Shown here: positions 40,215 through 52,518 of the stretch, one piece after another
How the letters are laid out: every line of letters begins with the position of its first letter
How positions within the stretch are numbered: position 1 is the first letter of the stretch
Source: Kudoa neothunni
Taxonomy: Eukaryota > Animalia > Cnidaria
DNA length: 64,000 nt
Direction: 5' to 3'
Assembly (NCBI GenBank): GCA_964304625.1
Contig: OZ199839.1
Span: 11,966,080-12,030,079, forward strand
Notes under the pieces: model-generated
Databases searched by the model: none
The model's input: the letters and a program-made list of their open reading frames with translations, nothing else
What the model was told of the DNA's origin: nothing
Translations under genes and position numbers: made by a program

Positions 40215-41765
40215 CTATGAGATATTAAGTTTATTAATGTATTTTTCCAGTAATTCCAAAATTTCGTTACTTCGAAGAGCTGCTGTATGTTTAAAGCCTT
40301 CTAGAGCGGTAACCTTATTTTGAAAATTTTTGTTTTTATTAGCAATAATTTTGCAGGAATGTAATTCATCATCAGTGAGTGTACCATCCCCACTGACATG
40401 TTTGAATTTATTATGCTTCAATACGTTATTACGATTAACTGTAAATGTATCAATAGTTGGTATTCCTGTACTGAAAATGCAGTAAAAGGGAACGTTGATT
40501 GGTTTTTCTACCCATATATCAGGTATACTCATATTTTGAAAAATCTTAGCCATCATTCTATGTTGTGAATCATATGTATCCGAAATGTTATTAATCGTAT
40601 AAATCTTAGATTCTTTTTCTAGGAGAATCTATATTAATTATAGGATAGAGATGAAATAAACTTAAAAAACGTACTCGATTTGGACCAAAATAGGATCGGC
40701 TAGGTTTCAAATAATAAATTGAGGGATAGGTGAGGAACATGTCATTAGAAAGATATTGTTTTGCCATGTTTAAAGCAGATTTCTCGCCAGTATAAAAATA
40801 ATTCCACGTGGCGAATGCTTTGATTGACCCAGCAAGCGCACCATTGATTGATATCCATGAGGCAATATGTTGTTTTTTCCAGAATTGATCTTGTTCCGAA
40901 AGAAATGAATGGGTTAGAGCACTTCCCATACTGTGTGAAATGAGCACAGCCTTTTTCTTCGTAATATTAACTAACTGAGTGATTTTGCTCTTTAATTCGG
41001 CAAAATAATAATCTTTATATGGTTGTGCTATATTTATTTTAGTTTGGTAATCTCTTTGTAAGTTTACATGGCAGTTTTCGGAAATCATATGGTGCTCCCA
41101 AAAGGTCTTCCATGTTTTTGTATCCCTTAAGTTGCAAAAAATTAATAATATTTGTAAATATTTTCTTAAATCGAATGAATTGGGTGCCGATTGCCTCAAC
41201 ATTGAACACATCCCCGAATAGAAACGTTCCAATTTTTACTCCCTTCACATCCACCATCATATTGAATTTTCGATCATATTCCAATCTATTTCAGTAATAA
41301 ATAACGTTTAAAAATTTTATTTCAAGAATATACCTGAAATATTTATGAAAACATGGAATGTCAATTATTGAATTTACGTCTAACCAGATCAAATGGATCG
41401 ACGGATCTTTGGAACATGCAGAAGGTAAACGAGCATTACTCTCTATTTTACCATATAATTTACTAGATAGCAATCCAGGAACTTTAAAAATTAGTTAGAT
41501 ATTGACACATACGTATTGGACACTAATAATAATATAATAATAATAATTTACTAATAATTATAGGATTTCTATCAGATAACTTCTTTACACTCTTTACACT
41601 CTTTACACTCTTTACACTAATGGTTTCATTTTTATCTTTTCTTTTTTTTTTGAAAATATTCAAAAAGTGCACTTCTTTCACAACTATTTATATAATTGTA
41701 ATATATAAAATTTTTATAGCTTTACATAGGAGTAAAAAGAGTAGTTTATAAAATGGTATCATCAT
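40215..41765 (-). CDS. LCAT / group XV lysosomal phospholipase A2-like secreted lipase, 6 exons, apparently intact
   Basis: Signal-like MMIPFYKLLFLLL, NPIIIIPGLLSSKL, lid disulfide region C...IWL...C, LGAPYDFRK, nucleophile motif ISHSMG, SGDGT (Asp) and FKH (His). Five GT-AG introns splice in frame. Stop at 40215. Confidence 0.93.
41583..41619 (-). repeat. 9-bp tandem repeat encoding (SVK)4 in the lipase N-terminus
   Basis: AGTGTAAAG x4 in frame in exon 2. Confidence 0.9.
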
Positions 41766-42400
41766 AATTTTTATTAAAGTATCACTATTGAATTATAATA
41801 TTTGAAATGATAACATTTTGCATCGTTACTAAAATAACTTTGTAATGTTTGTTTTCTATCTATTTATAAGTAGTAAATAAATTGGCTTCTATTGATATAT
41901 TTCAATTGTTGTATTCGCGCAACGGAGTTTAGTATTCTAATCAAACACCGAATATTATGTAATATCGTTAGTATAACATGTAACGGTCGTAGTTATAGTT
42001 CCAGTTACGTAACTGAAAGTAGTATCAATGTTGTTGATTATAGTTTATTGGCGCCTAATACTTGAAATCGATGTCGATGTATTAGCTTTTATAGATTGTC
42101 CAAAATCAGGTATATCAGGAAAATTCTCTTAGAAACTCAATTTTTTTATAATAATAATTACGTAAAATAGTTAGAGGACAAAATGCAAACAATAAATTAA
42201 TAATACGACATAAAAATTTATTAGCAGTTTTGAAATTATTTATTAATTGTAACTATAATTTTTTTTAGTATAAATTCCTTCATTGTATGAATGCAATCGA
42301 TGATAGTGTATAATTGACATTGATGTTTAACAGAATAATACCTAAATAAGGATATTAGTAACTATTAATGCTCGTACTTCATCACAGCTATCACCTTTAA

Positions 42401-44817
42401 CCCTCTAACGACATGAAAAAAACTTACCTCTAACGACATGAAAAAAACTTACCTCTGACGACATGAAAAAAACTTACCTCTAACGACATTGGGGTAGATT
42501 TAACTCCAGATTTTTTTTGGATTATTTTATTTGTAAAATTAATACAAAGTAATACGCAAGGTTATAAAAAATTCATACGAACAGATTTCAAGGAAAATAC
42601 AGAATATTGACATCATTAAGCCCATTTTAATCCTATCGGATGATTTCGCGCACTGTTCAAAAACTTGTATAAATGCGTATTTTTTGTAAGCATAAGTAGA
42701 CGAATAAATAAAAAATAATATATAATCAATTTAATTGTTCATTTTGAACAATCAGAACAGATTTTTGATGAGTGATCTTTGCAATAATACCGTTGACAGT
42801 TTTTGCAACATAAGGTCGTTTTTTTATCGTTTTTTCGGGGACATAATTGGCATCTAGATTGCGATTTCGAATTTGAAGGAACATTATGTTTATTTTTATT
42901 GGATGTAAGAGTTCTTTTGACTACTTTTTCAATTTTAGTATTTCTACTAAGAAGTGGCCTGTACAATAATTCTGCCATTTCTTTTAAAAAAACTCTTCTT
43001 TTTGGGGGATTTTCCTTAAAAATGTTTTTATAGATGCAGAAGGTGTTGATTAATGATATGTCAATTATATTATAAAATACGACGACTGGCCATCTTTTGC
43101 AGAACCTACGAACGGATACTGAAGATATCATCCTGTCGACAGTATCGACCCCACCTTTAGTGCTATTGTAGTGCTCTATAACGTGTGGTTTTCTGTCATT
43201 TTGTAGATTTCCTACGTTGGTGTTATTTGTTCCTGTCGATAGCAAATTAACGGCCTTTCCTTTCTTGGGAACATATGGCGTTATCATGCTTTTCTCATGG
43301 AAGAGAAATAAGGTACTATGCAACGCCCTGTTCCTTGATGGAAGCACACATGGAGGCAAATCTCTCTTATTATTCCTTATAGTTCCAAGATAAGTAAGGC
43401 GTTTTTGCAGCAACTTTGATGCCAGTGATAGCGACGAAAAAAAATTATCCGCAACAATGTTCCTCCCAGAATTGTACAATAGAGATGCAATTGAAAGAAC
43501 AACGCTTTCGCCAACTCCAACACTTCTAGTAGCGTGTTCACCATTTTTCCCGAGATAAGGAGAAATATTGAGGACATATTTTTCAACGGGATCAGCCATG
43601 AGAAAAAATTTAATACCATATTTCGCCGGTTTTTTAGGCATATATTGCCTAAAGGAGCATCTTCCTTTAAAAGGGAAAAGTTGTTTGTCAATTGTGACGT
43701 CTTCATGAGATGCTTCGTTCACCCACATGTTCCAAACATTACGAATTGCAGCAAATTTATCAACACTTTTTTGCATTCTTGTGCCTTTGTTGTCAAAGTG
43801 TAGTGCTCGCGATATTTGTAAAAAGCGAGTTTGAGAAAAAAGCTGACGATAAATTGGCTTCCCTTCAGATAAACTAAAAGTTCATGCAAAGGTTCCGCTC
43901 TCTCTTGATGAATTCCCATTAAGATAAGGATTCCCAGGAACCCTTTAAATTCAAACATCATCAATTTCTTTCCATGAATTGTGGAAATAATCGCGTCGAA
44001 ACATATTGTGTTTTTAATAATTTCTCCACAAATATCTTCATTAAATAATATCAAAAACTTCTTTTATGCGTTGAATACAGTAAATTGTTGGTCCTGGATT
44101 ACGATTCATTATGTTTTCAATTGATGTTTTTTGAAACAGATGGCTTAATTAGGCTCCAAACAATCCCATTTTTTCCCTCAGCGGAGTCTTGGTTACATTC
44201 GATTTCATAGCATTCGTCGGATGATTCTAAAAACTCAGATAAGCAGTCTTTGACTTTACTACCATATGATTCGAGCTCCTCAATAAATTCGGACAAATCA
44301 CTGCTCATATTTACGTTTTAAAACAAGCCAACCACGTGTGTTTAATGATGCTATTTGTTAGGTTATCTGTCGCCTTTTTATTTACTAATTAAAATACTTA
44401 AGAATTTTAACGACTATTGTTCAAAAGTAATAAAATATGATATTCTAAGAGTTAAATGTTCGCCCTATAACCTGTGAGAATACATCGTCCCCATGTTTTA
44501 GATAATTTCGTAAAATTTTATAAAAGATTTAGTATTTAAAATATATCAAATAACATTTATTAAACATGTATCAATTTATGTGAGAACAAGAGAAATCACA
44601 CACCATGTAAATAACGAAAATATCCGATGCAATGATAATGGCGTCCGAATACGATTATTAGGATTAATCTATGATATTGTTGAAATTTTCCTCCAAAATC
44701 TCTCATTAGAATATACTAAGGTTTCATCAAACGTTTTATAATAATATTTTAACTAAATTTATCCAAAAAAAATCTGGGGTGAAATACACCCCAATGTCGT
44801 TAGAGCTAAGTTTTTTC
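42401..44817 (-). mobile_element. piggyBac element 2
   Basis: TTAA at 42397-42400, then CCCTCTAACGACAT with tandem 25-bp terminal repeats. The inverse CAATGTCGTTAGAGCTAAGTTTTTTC at ~44790-44817 is truncated on the right. Confidence 0.9.
42739..44308 (-). pseudogene. piggyBac transposase (DDD + Cys-rich domain), frameshifted N-terminus
   Basis: TIDKQLFPFKGRC, YMPKKPAKYGIK, ADNFFSS, KGGVDTVD, CQLCP...CKNC...CKDH...CSDC. Confidence 0.94.
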
Positions 44818-46217
44818 TTTTAAGCTTAGTTTCACATTTTTTTTTCTGAGCTTCCCCCAACTTATGTAACTTATAAAATTATGAGAATAGCTAGAATTTC
44901 AAATTATTTGATGCTAATAAGTCACTGCAAAATTTACACCCTCCGATTAAAATTGGGGTATTTTTACACCCCACATTTTTATTAAGCTAAATTATTCCAA
45001 ATACAAAATAATTTTTGAAAATTTTGAAGTATTTTTATGGATTAACTTTGAAATTATAGACCGATATTTCTAGCTAAGCATGTACAGCGCATGCGCACAA
45101 ATCAAAATTGATCACATTGCAGAAGCAGATTGTTTATTGGCAATACGTTTAAGATTCTATTTTAGGAAAGCTTTTAAGCAGCATTAGAATTATTTTGTTA
45201 AATGAACGAACAAAAGAATACCAATAAGAATAAGAAAAAATTGACATATAATTATCGGTTTAAACAAACAAATAAAACAAATATGATTGGAATGAAATTT
45301 GCAGCAAGATGAAGCACAAACGTCGCATTTTATTTTGGCTTTTCTATCATATTTCCTATCGCAAAATCGACATCTCCCGTAACTATTTTGTCCAATTGGA
45401 TATAACAGATATAATAGATATAACAGATATAACAGATAACAGAGGAGTCTTCACTAGCTGTCATATTTTGTTTCCGTCTCAAAAGCAGTCGATGTGTCAA
45501 TTGGGTTGCCATCATTTTCAAAAATTCCCTCCGGAGTAATTTTGAGGAAGGGAATAAATTTTTGTATATATAAAACGCATTAATCAGACTGATATCAACC
45601 ATGTTAAAGAAAACAATTAACGGCCAACGACAAGATATTCGTCGCAAATTTATTGCTGCCAATAATCTGGAAATCGTATCAACTCCGCCTTTTACTGCAA
45701 TGTAATGCATAATGCATAATGCATAATGCATTATGACATCGGGTTTTAGTGGCCTTTCTGTTGATATTTGGGTGTTTGTTGAGAAGGAACAAAGCATATA
45801 TCTTAGCATTATTTTTTTGTTATTAAAAACAAAGAGATGAATGAAGAGAAGTCGTTTTATCTGGTCTCAAATATGGTGGTATCTCCCTCTTATTTGAACG
45901 CATCGTTCCAACAATCGTAAGTTTTTTTTGTAACAATTCATCCGCTAACTCAATAGACGTGAAAAAATTGTCACATCCCTCGTATCATTTTGAGATTGCT
46001 TTCCCAAATAGACAATTGCATTGCAAACAAAAGTTGACTTTGGGTCAGTTATTAAAAAACACTTTAAACGTATCAAGAATTTCATTAACATTCTGCAAAA
46101 CGAAGGATGAAACACCAGCACGACTGGTCAAAATATTTTCGGCCGCAGTTCTAGATGTCGAGGGTTTTTCAATTGTCCATAAGGTTCCATTCTTATCTAT
46201 TAAAGAGTCAGATGGAG

Positions 46218-46369
46218 TGTTGGATATATATATTCTTTTATATTTGACTTATGCTCGATATTAATCGTTTTGTGTCGTGTCTTGCAAAAGTGTTTCTATG
46301 GCGCTAACCAGGATGAGTGCGAAACAGGATACAGCGGGAGACTCAATGAATGAGGGAGCCGAGACAACA
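46218..46369 (+). repeat. 5' LTR of Gypsy element
   Basis: TGTTG...CAACA ends, followed by the PBS. Confidence 0.95.
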
Positions 46370-47890
46370 ATTGGCGCAGTGGCAAAAACTTTGAATTGCT
46401 ATGACGGTGGCTCGCCAGCGAAAATGTGGTTTGACAGAATCGAAATGTTGTGTGGCCTAAACAAGATAGCAGAGGCCTCCTGGACAACCCAGGTCCTGTT
46501 GCTACTGTCAGAGTCTGTATACGGTCGCGTGATAAACGCTGGATTTTCGAAGGAGTCAACCTACTCGGCCGTAAAAGAATTCGTCTTGGAAAGGTATGAC
46601 GACAAAAAAACCTCATACTTACTACAGGATGAATTTGTCAATTTAAAACAAGAGGTTGGTGAAGATCTGAGAAGTTTTGCTGACCGAATCAACGCTGTAG
46701 GAAGGCGGGCGTTCGCAAACTGCCCGGACACCCTCATGGAAACCACGTTGACAAATCAACTGGTCAAAGGCATCGCCAATGACGAAATTAAAAACTCATT
46801 GTTAGCAACGGCCATGGAGAGCTTCGAGATAACGTTAGAAGCAGGTAGACGGATAGAATTGTCTATTGCTCAACGCAGGAGTCATCCTGAGGGAACAGCG
46901 ACTCTAATGAACCACTTGTCGTTGTCGAAATATGACGAACTAGAAAAAAAGTAGATTCACTAGCAGGAATGTTGAAGGAATTCGCCATGGCCAACAGAGG
47001 GAACACAGATAAAAAAAGAAGATTTGGAGTATGCTATACCTGTGGTAAAAGAGGTCATTATTCTAGAAATTGTAGTCTAAATAAAACCAAAAAGTCTGAT
47101 ATTTATTTGTGTGGTTTATCTTGTGCGCGGCGCGATAAGAATAATCTAGTGTATTTGGACGTTAGAATTTCTGGGGTTGAGACCCAGGGACTGATTGATA
47201 CAGGATCAGAGAAAACTTTCATATGTCCAGCGATGTTACCGAAAGTGGGCGCTAGTTTAGAACCAAAACCTCTGTCTGCAATTATGGCTGACGGGTCCAT
47301 TGCGAAAATCTTTGGTAGATCGTCACTGGATATCGAGTGTAGTTATGGCCACGTCAAGCTTGACGTTCTTGTGATGAAGATGCAGGGGAACTCACTCATT
47401 CTAGGTATGGATTTTTTGAAATCCTCTGGGCTAGTGTTGAATTTCGAAACTATGTCGGTTGACTCTGGTAGAAACATCCCGGTTAATAGTACCGTTTTAA
47501 AAAGATGATTGGTGAAGAATTTCAAAGTTTATTCTACAAAACTGATGGTGGACTGAAAAGTGTTTCCGGTTTCGAGCATAAAATTCAAATAAGAGGCAAT
47601 GCGAAACCCTTTAAACAATGTCTACGAAGAACAGCTTACACTCACCGACTAGAAATCCAAAGGCAAGTCCAGAAACTAATAGACGATGATATAGTAGAGG
47701 AATCACAGAGCCCTTGGGCATCTAACGTAACCCTTGTCAAGAAAAAGGACGGAAGTTACCGCTTATGTGTTGATTACCGTCAGCTGAACGATCTAACTGT
47801 AAAAAATTCATACCCACTGCCGAGGATTGATGATATATTGGATAATTTGAGTGGAGCCCAAGTTTTCTCAACTTTGGATCTATCGGCCGG
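46298..47890 (+). pseudogene. Gypsy gag, protease and 5' RT (two 1-nt frameshifts at A-runs)
   Basis: Capsid LKQEVGEDLRSFADR, CYTCGKRGHYSRNC knuckle, [53 protein letters not shown]. Confidence 0.93.
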
Positions 47891-49094
47891 CGCATGCGCA
47901 CTAGAGTTTCTTTTTATTTAGTCTTTTTGTAGGTTTAAATTATAGTTATGCAATAATAACTACGTATATCAATCAATTGTATTATAGATATTCTTATTTT
48001 TAAAATATAATTGGTGTATTATAATAGATCAGTTGGCACGTATGCATACCTTTTCTTTTCTCAATGAAATGCGTTGCTATTTGCTTTTGTGTGTTTTCAA
48101 TATAAAATAAAATTCATAATCCTATTGTATAATTAGTATTTAAATCGGATATCACGTTAATGCTTAAAAACTGATGGAAAGTATGTAAATATTGTCACTT
48201 ATTTTTGGTGGCATATAAACACTGATGGCTAAAACTATCGCTTATAAGCCGGCATCATTTAGTTCTTTTATATAATATTTAAATCCAACTTACCATAATA
48301 GAAACATAAACATTAAAAATCGATCTTATAAAGTTTTTAGTTTTATTTTTTGGCATTTAGTATTATATATATGAGAGGGTGAATTTAATTTTATCCTGAG
48401 TCTTAAGATTTAATAATAATATACGAAAGATGTTAAGGAATAAAAGTTATATACAATATATATTGTATATTTAATATGATGTAAGCATTAACAAATGATT
48501 AACTATAATAAATAATATGATTAGAATAAAATAAAATCAATACCACAATTTTTCGATCTATTCTGTTTGCACCTAATAAAAATACGATAGTAACATACAT
48601 GCATTTTTGGAATGTTTCCTATATTTCTTATGTTATTATTTAAGTTTATATAAACCGTATCAAGTACAATTAATAAGTAAAATTCCTCTGCATGTAACAA
48701 TGTTATAATTTGTTAATTATTTCTAATCATTAAACTGCAGTTTGAATTCAACATTTACCAGCGATGAGATTTATTAATTTTTATGGGGTACAATTTTTGA
48801 ATAAATTCTTGACTATCCCCCCATAAAGTGAATTATATATGGTTAGAACAGTATGTAACCGAGTTCCTGTTATACCTTTGTCCAAAAATACTTAAAATGC
48901 AACGCGGATCAATTTTTGTAATTTTATGAACGCTTTAAGAATATATAATGTGTGATACTTTTTTGAAATTTATATCCAATTATTTATTAAAAAATTACGT
49001 TTTTTAACTTTATTAAACATTTGACATGTAATATTTGTGATTGTATCTAATAGATTCATTATTTTATTTAAAAAGACAGTATCAATCTCTAGGG

Positions 49095-49810
49095 CGGATT
49101 TATAACCTGTTAAACCATTGAATATGCCATTTGATGCCATCTTCCATCAACTCATCGTCTTTAATTTCTGTCAACAATTTATTAAATGGAGTTAATATAT
49201 TAATCCCCGGCACAAATTTAAATTTATGGAAACTACTTAACTTAGTTATTACCAAATCCTGTTGAATAATTTAGAAATTTTCAAAGAAAAATTCATTATT
49301 TCTTAAACTTATATTTTTTCTAATTTAATCAACTATATTAACACATTCTTTAGAAGCTAAATATTTTCATCATTTGAGTCAAAAAAGTTGCCTGATTACA
49401 TATTAGTTATAAATTATTTATGTTACGGTTAACACCAAAAAATTGATAATGAATCAAATATTATTTGTTTTGAGTTAAAAAGATAAATCGAGATTTAAAA
49501 CCTGGAAAAAAAAACATTTTTACGAATACGAATAAATTAAGTTTACAATTTGCTAACCTTACCACCATTTATATTTATGGGAATAGTCATTTTTTGATGA
49601 ACCTTTTGGGAGATTATTTCTATTTTATAAAGGTAAGCCAATTTTATAAGATACAGTTATATCTTCTATCTTTCTCAATACAGCAGCCAAAAAAATGCAT
49701 GGGAATGGAAAATAAAGGAACTGAAGCAGAATCTACAATTCTGATCTGTAAATTTTAAAAAGGTCTATCATTCCATCGATAATTTTAATTTATATATTCG
49801 TTTCCATTTC
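49095..49810 (-). pseudogene. Ulp1/SENP-like (peptidase C48) fragment with short introns
   Basis: GNEYIN..IIDGMIDLF, LFSIPMHFF...YNCIL.NW, TIPININ, VLNLDL...IIFDSLS occur in C48 motif order. No Q-x-N-x-x-DCG motif was found. Stops and frameshifts are present. Confidence 0.45.
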
Positions 49811-50926
49811 CTAACATATAGAATATATAAAAATATGCCAGATTAATTAATAAATATGTATGTATATGTGCGGAATTTTAAAATTGAATGTAATATATAG
49901 TTTAAAGACAAAATTGAGTTTTTTGGATAATTATAAATTTATTTGTTTGACATGTAATTAATTTTAATCATGCTTAAGATATCTATATTAACCCTAAAAA
50001 TACTTAAAATAATATCTATGTGTATGTGTAGTTGTTTGTAAAATTCAATTTGTAGGTAGATGATTAAAGTATTATCATGAAATAAAACACAGGAAACTAA
50101 TATAATCGCCATATAAAAAATTTATTAACTAAAATAAAATTATTTCATTGCAACTACAAGAATACAGATTTATATACGTACGCTAAAAGTAAAAAACCCC
50201 TTAATATAAACCCATGGGTGGCTAAAGGCGCATGCGATATTAACGAATTCGTCAAAGATAAGATGTTTTGTATGTAATAGGTAAGATAGTTTAGTTAAAA
50301 AACATTCTTATCCTTTCTTAAACATCATAACTATAGTAATTTATAAATATCTTTCATATTATATTATTCCATTTTTGTAAGAACTTAAATAATTAAATAA
50401 TAGGTCGGTGAAAACATTTGGAATTATAAAATAATTAATATTGGAAATAAACGCTGTTATATTCTTAATAAATAAAAAATTGATTAAATTTAAAAAAAAA
50501 CAAGAGTAACTAGGTAAGAATAAATTGTTGTCACAAGATTGGCGAAAGGTCTGACAGGTATCCGGAAAATCTAAATGTAATTAAAAGTTGCTATAAAAAT
50601 ACCTGCGGTTATTGGTTATTTCTATGACGAATCTTGTTCTGAAAATCTAAATGTAGTATTAATTGATGCGAAGGCGGAGAAAATATTTTTACAGAGAAAA
50701 TGCAATACTTATGCTAAAAAGGAAGGAAAATTTGTTAAACGGGAAAGGTTTGAATTTATGTTCGAAAAATATATATTGAGTGATAACGAGAATTAAAAAA
50801 TAATCTAAGGGAGAAAAAATGATGCTTTTCAAGTGATCTGCGGAATACATGGAAATGACACATATGATCACACATTTTTCAATATCGATAACCTGGAACT
50901 TCTATTTAATAGCAATTTTTTCCTGT

Positions 50927-51050
50927 ACTCATTATCACTCATTATCACTCATTATCACTCATTATCACTCATTATCACTCATTATCACTCATCATCACTC
51001 ATCATCACTCATCATCACTCATCATCACTCATCATTATCACTCATTATCA
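50927..51050. repeat. 10-bp minisatellite (ATTATCACTC/ATCATCACTC) x ~12
   Basis: Directly visible tandem array with two unit variants arranged in blocks. Confidence 0.95.
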
Positions 51051-51114
51051 GCGACAGCATACGAATTAGAAAAACTAGATATTATAAAGCGAAATGCAGG
51101 TAGGGGAAATTGGG

Positions 51115-52400
51115 GTTACTCTATATACCAGTTATATTCTTTGGAAATAGCCTGAACGAAGAATGTATCGTAATATCGATGGTAACTCTCACATAAAGCT
51201 TTCAACTTATCCATTTTTAATTTAACATCTTTACTCCGAGGATCATTATTAGGATTGCATAAATAAAACATGGCTTCTTGTCAACTGAGCTTTGTCTCTC
51301 GTAAATTTTAATAAAAGTTAGTAGACCTGAATGTGCTTGATCAAACCTAGCATAAAATGTCGATGGAAACTTTCTGCATTATTGGAGGTTAGAGGGTATG
51401 TCATTAAGGGTTCGAGAATGAGCGTTCCATGATTCAACAGGGTATTTGTTACTATTAATGAAGTTCTTCTCAAAATAACTTAGGAATAGATTCAAATTCT
51501 TTATTTCAATTTTCTTGGCTTGTAGAAGTAATTTTCAAATTCTATCTTCACGCAATCTTTCGGCACAAAGGCTAACGAAGTAACGCACTTGACAAAAAGT
51601 TTAAACTCAATATCTTCCTGATAAAACTTTGATAGACCCAATTTATGCAATCTTCGATTAACGCATTGGCCAAGATGGGACAAGCAGAAGAACACATTAT
51701 GTTTTGTTTCTTTTTAAATGCATTATACGCGGCAACCTCAAAATCTATGATAATGGTTGGGAAGTTCCAGGTTTCCTTTCTCTCTTATAATTTGAATAAT
51801 ACGGTCATAGCTGCTCTCCGACCTATCTGTCATTAAAATAAACACCAACGGTAATATTTTGTTAAAAACGTGACCATGAATGGTGTACATTTGGGAGAAC
51901 GTTCCGTCGCAACCCAGAATTTGGAATGTTTTAGGTGCGAAAGATTTTCTTCTGTTGTAAAAATAATAATTCTATTGCTATCCTCGGATCCAGAATCGTA
52001 TATACACAAATTTTTGTTCCTTAAGGTCACTATCGATCCGCAAAGATTTGTCTCAGGATTTACATCAATACTCTTTCGTTTTCGTATATCTCGAATCACC
52101 TAATAAACGGACTTTTTGGAATATTTGGACATCTTCTTGATTAGTTGCAATATCATACACTTTATTAGTTGGATATACAGTATTTTCTGCGATATGCTTG
52201 ATTTTATCCTTGAAAAATTGCTTGTTTTTTTCTTCCTCGGATACTAAGTGACTATGAAAACCTAGCGTATCCAACCTCTCTATCTGTTCTGTCAGAAATG
52301 TTCTTAACCTACCTTTACATCCTCGTTTTTGACACCCTCCAATACTGACAAACTTTTGTTTTATAATCTTTATTATAAAAACCCATTATAAAAAATATTT
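51115..52400 (-). pseudogene. MULE transposase (FLYWCH-type N-terminus), degenerate
   Basis: QYWR..., FHSH, DSGSEDSNRIIIFTT, IDFE, CLSHLGQCVNRRL, SLAFVP, TSNNAESFHRHF. Confidence 0.85.
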
Positions 52401-52518
52401 TTTTCGTCTTGGTAATAATAAAATAAGCACTAATTTCTTGGTTCATGATTTTATACGCGCGCCGATGATTATATACGAGAAAACGCGCATGCGCGATTCC
52501 GGCCAAACTTGCCGTCCC

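Larger units (their letters stand above)
47885..52518 (-). mobile_element. MULE element with cargo inserted in the Gypsy RT
   Basis: The right TIR reads GGGACGGCAAGTTTGGCCGGAATCGCGCATGCGCG on the minus strand. The left remnant is GGCCGG-CGCATGCGC. RT coding resumes at 52519 (FVTPEG...RMPFGLCNAP). Confidence 0.8.

Noticed and set aside
40606-41232. 208-aa ORF taken as a complete protein
   Set aside because: Its first ~70 residues are the wrong frame of an upstream exon plus intron. Only the central part belongs to the spliced lipase.
42401-42490. CRISPR-like repeat array
   Set aside because: The repeats are contiguous with no unique spacers, sit at a piggyBac terminus, and the context is eukaryotic.
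46940-47510. Possible programmed -1 frameshifts or TAG readthrough in Gypsy gag-pol
   Set aside because: Both shifts are single missing bases in A-runs, and the first falls upstream of the gag zinc knuckle. Mutation or homopolymer sequencing error is more likely.
50833-51103. His/Ser-rich ORFs
   Set aside because: They are artefacts of the 10-bp minisatellite.
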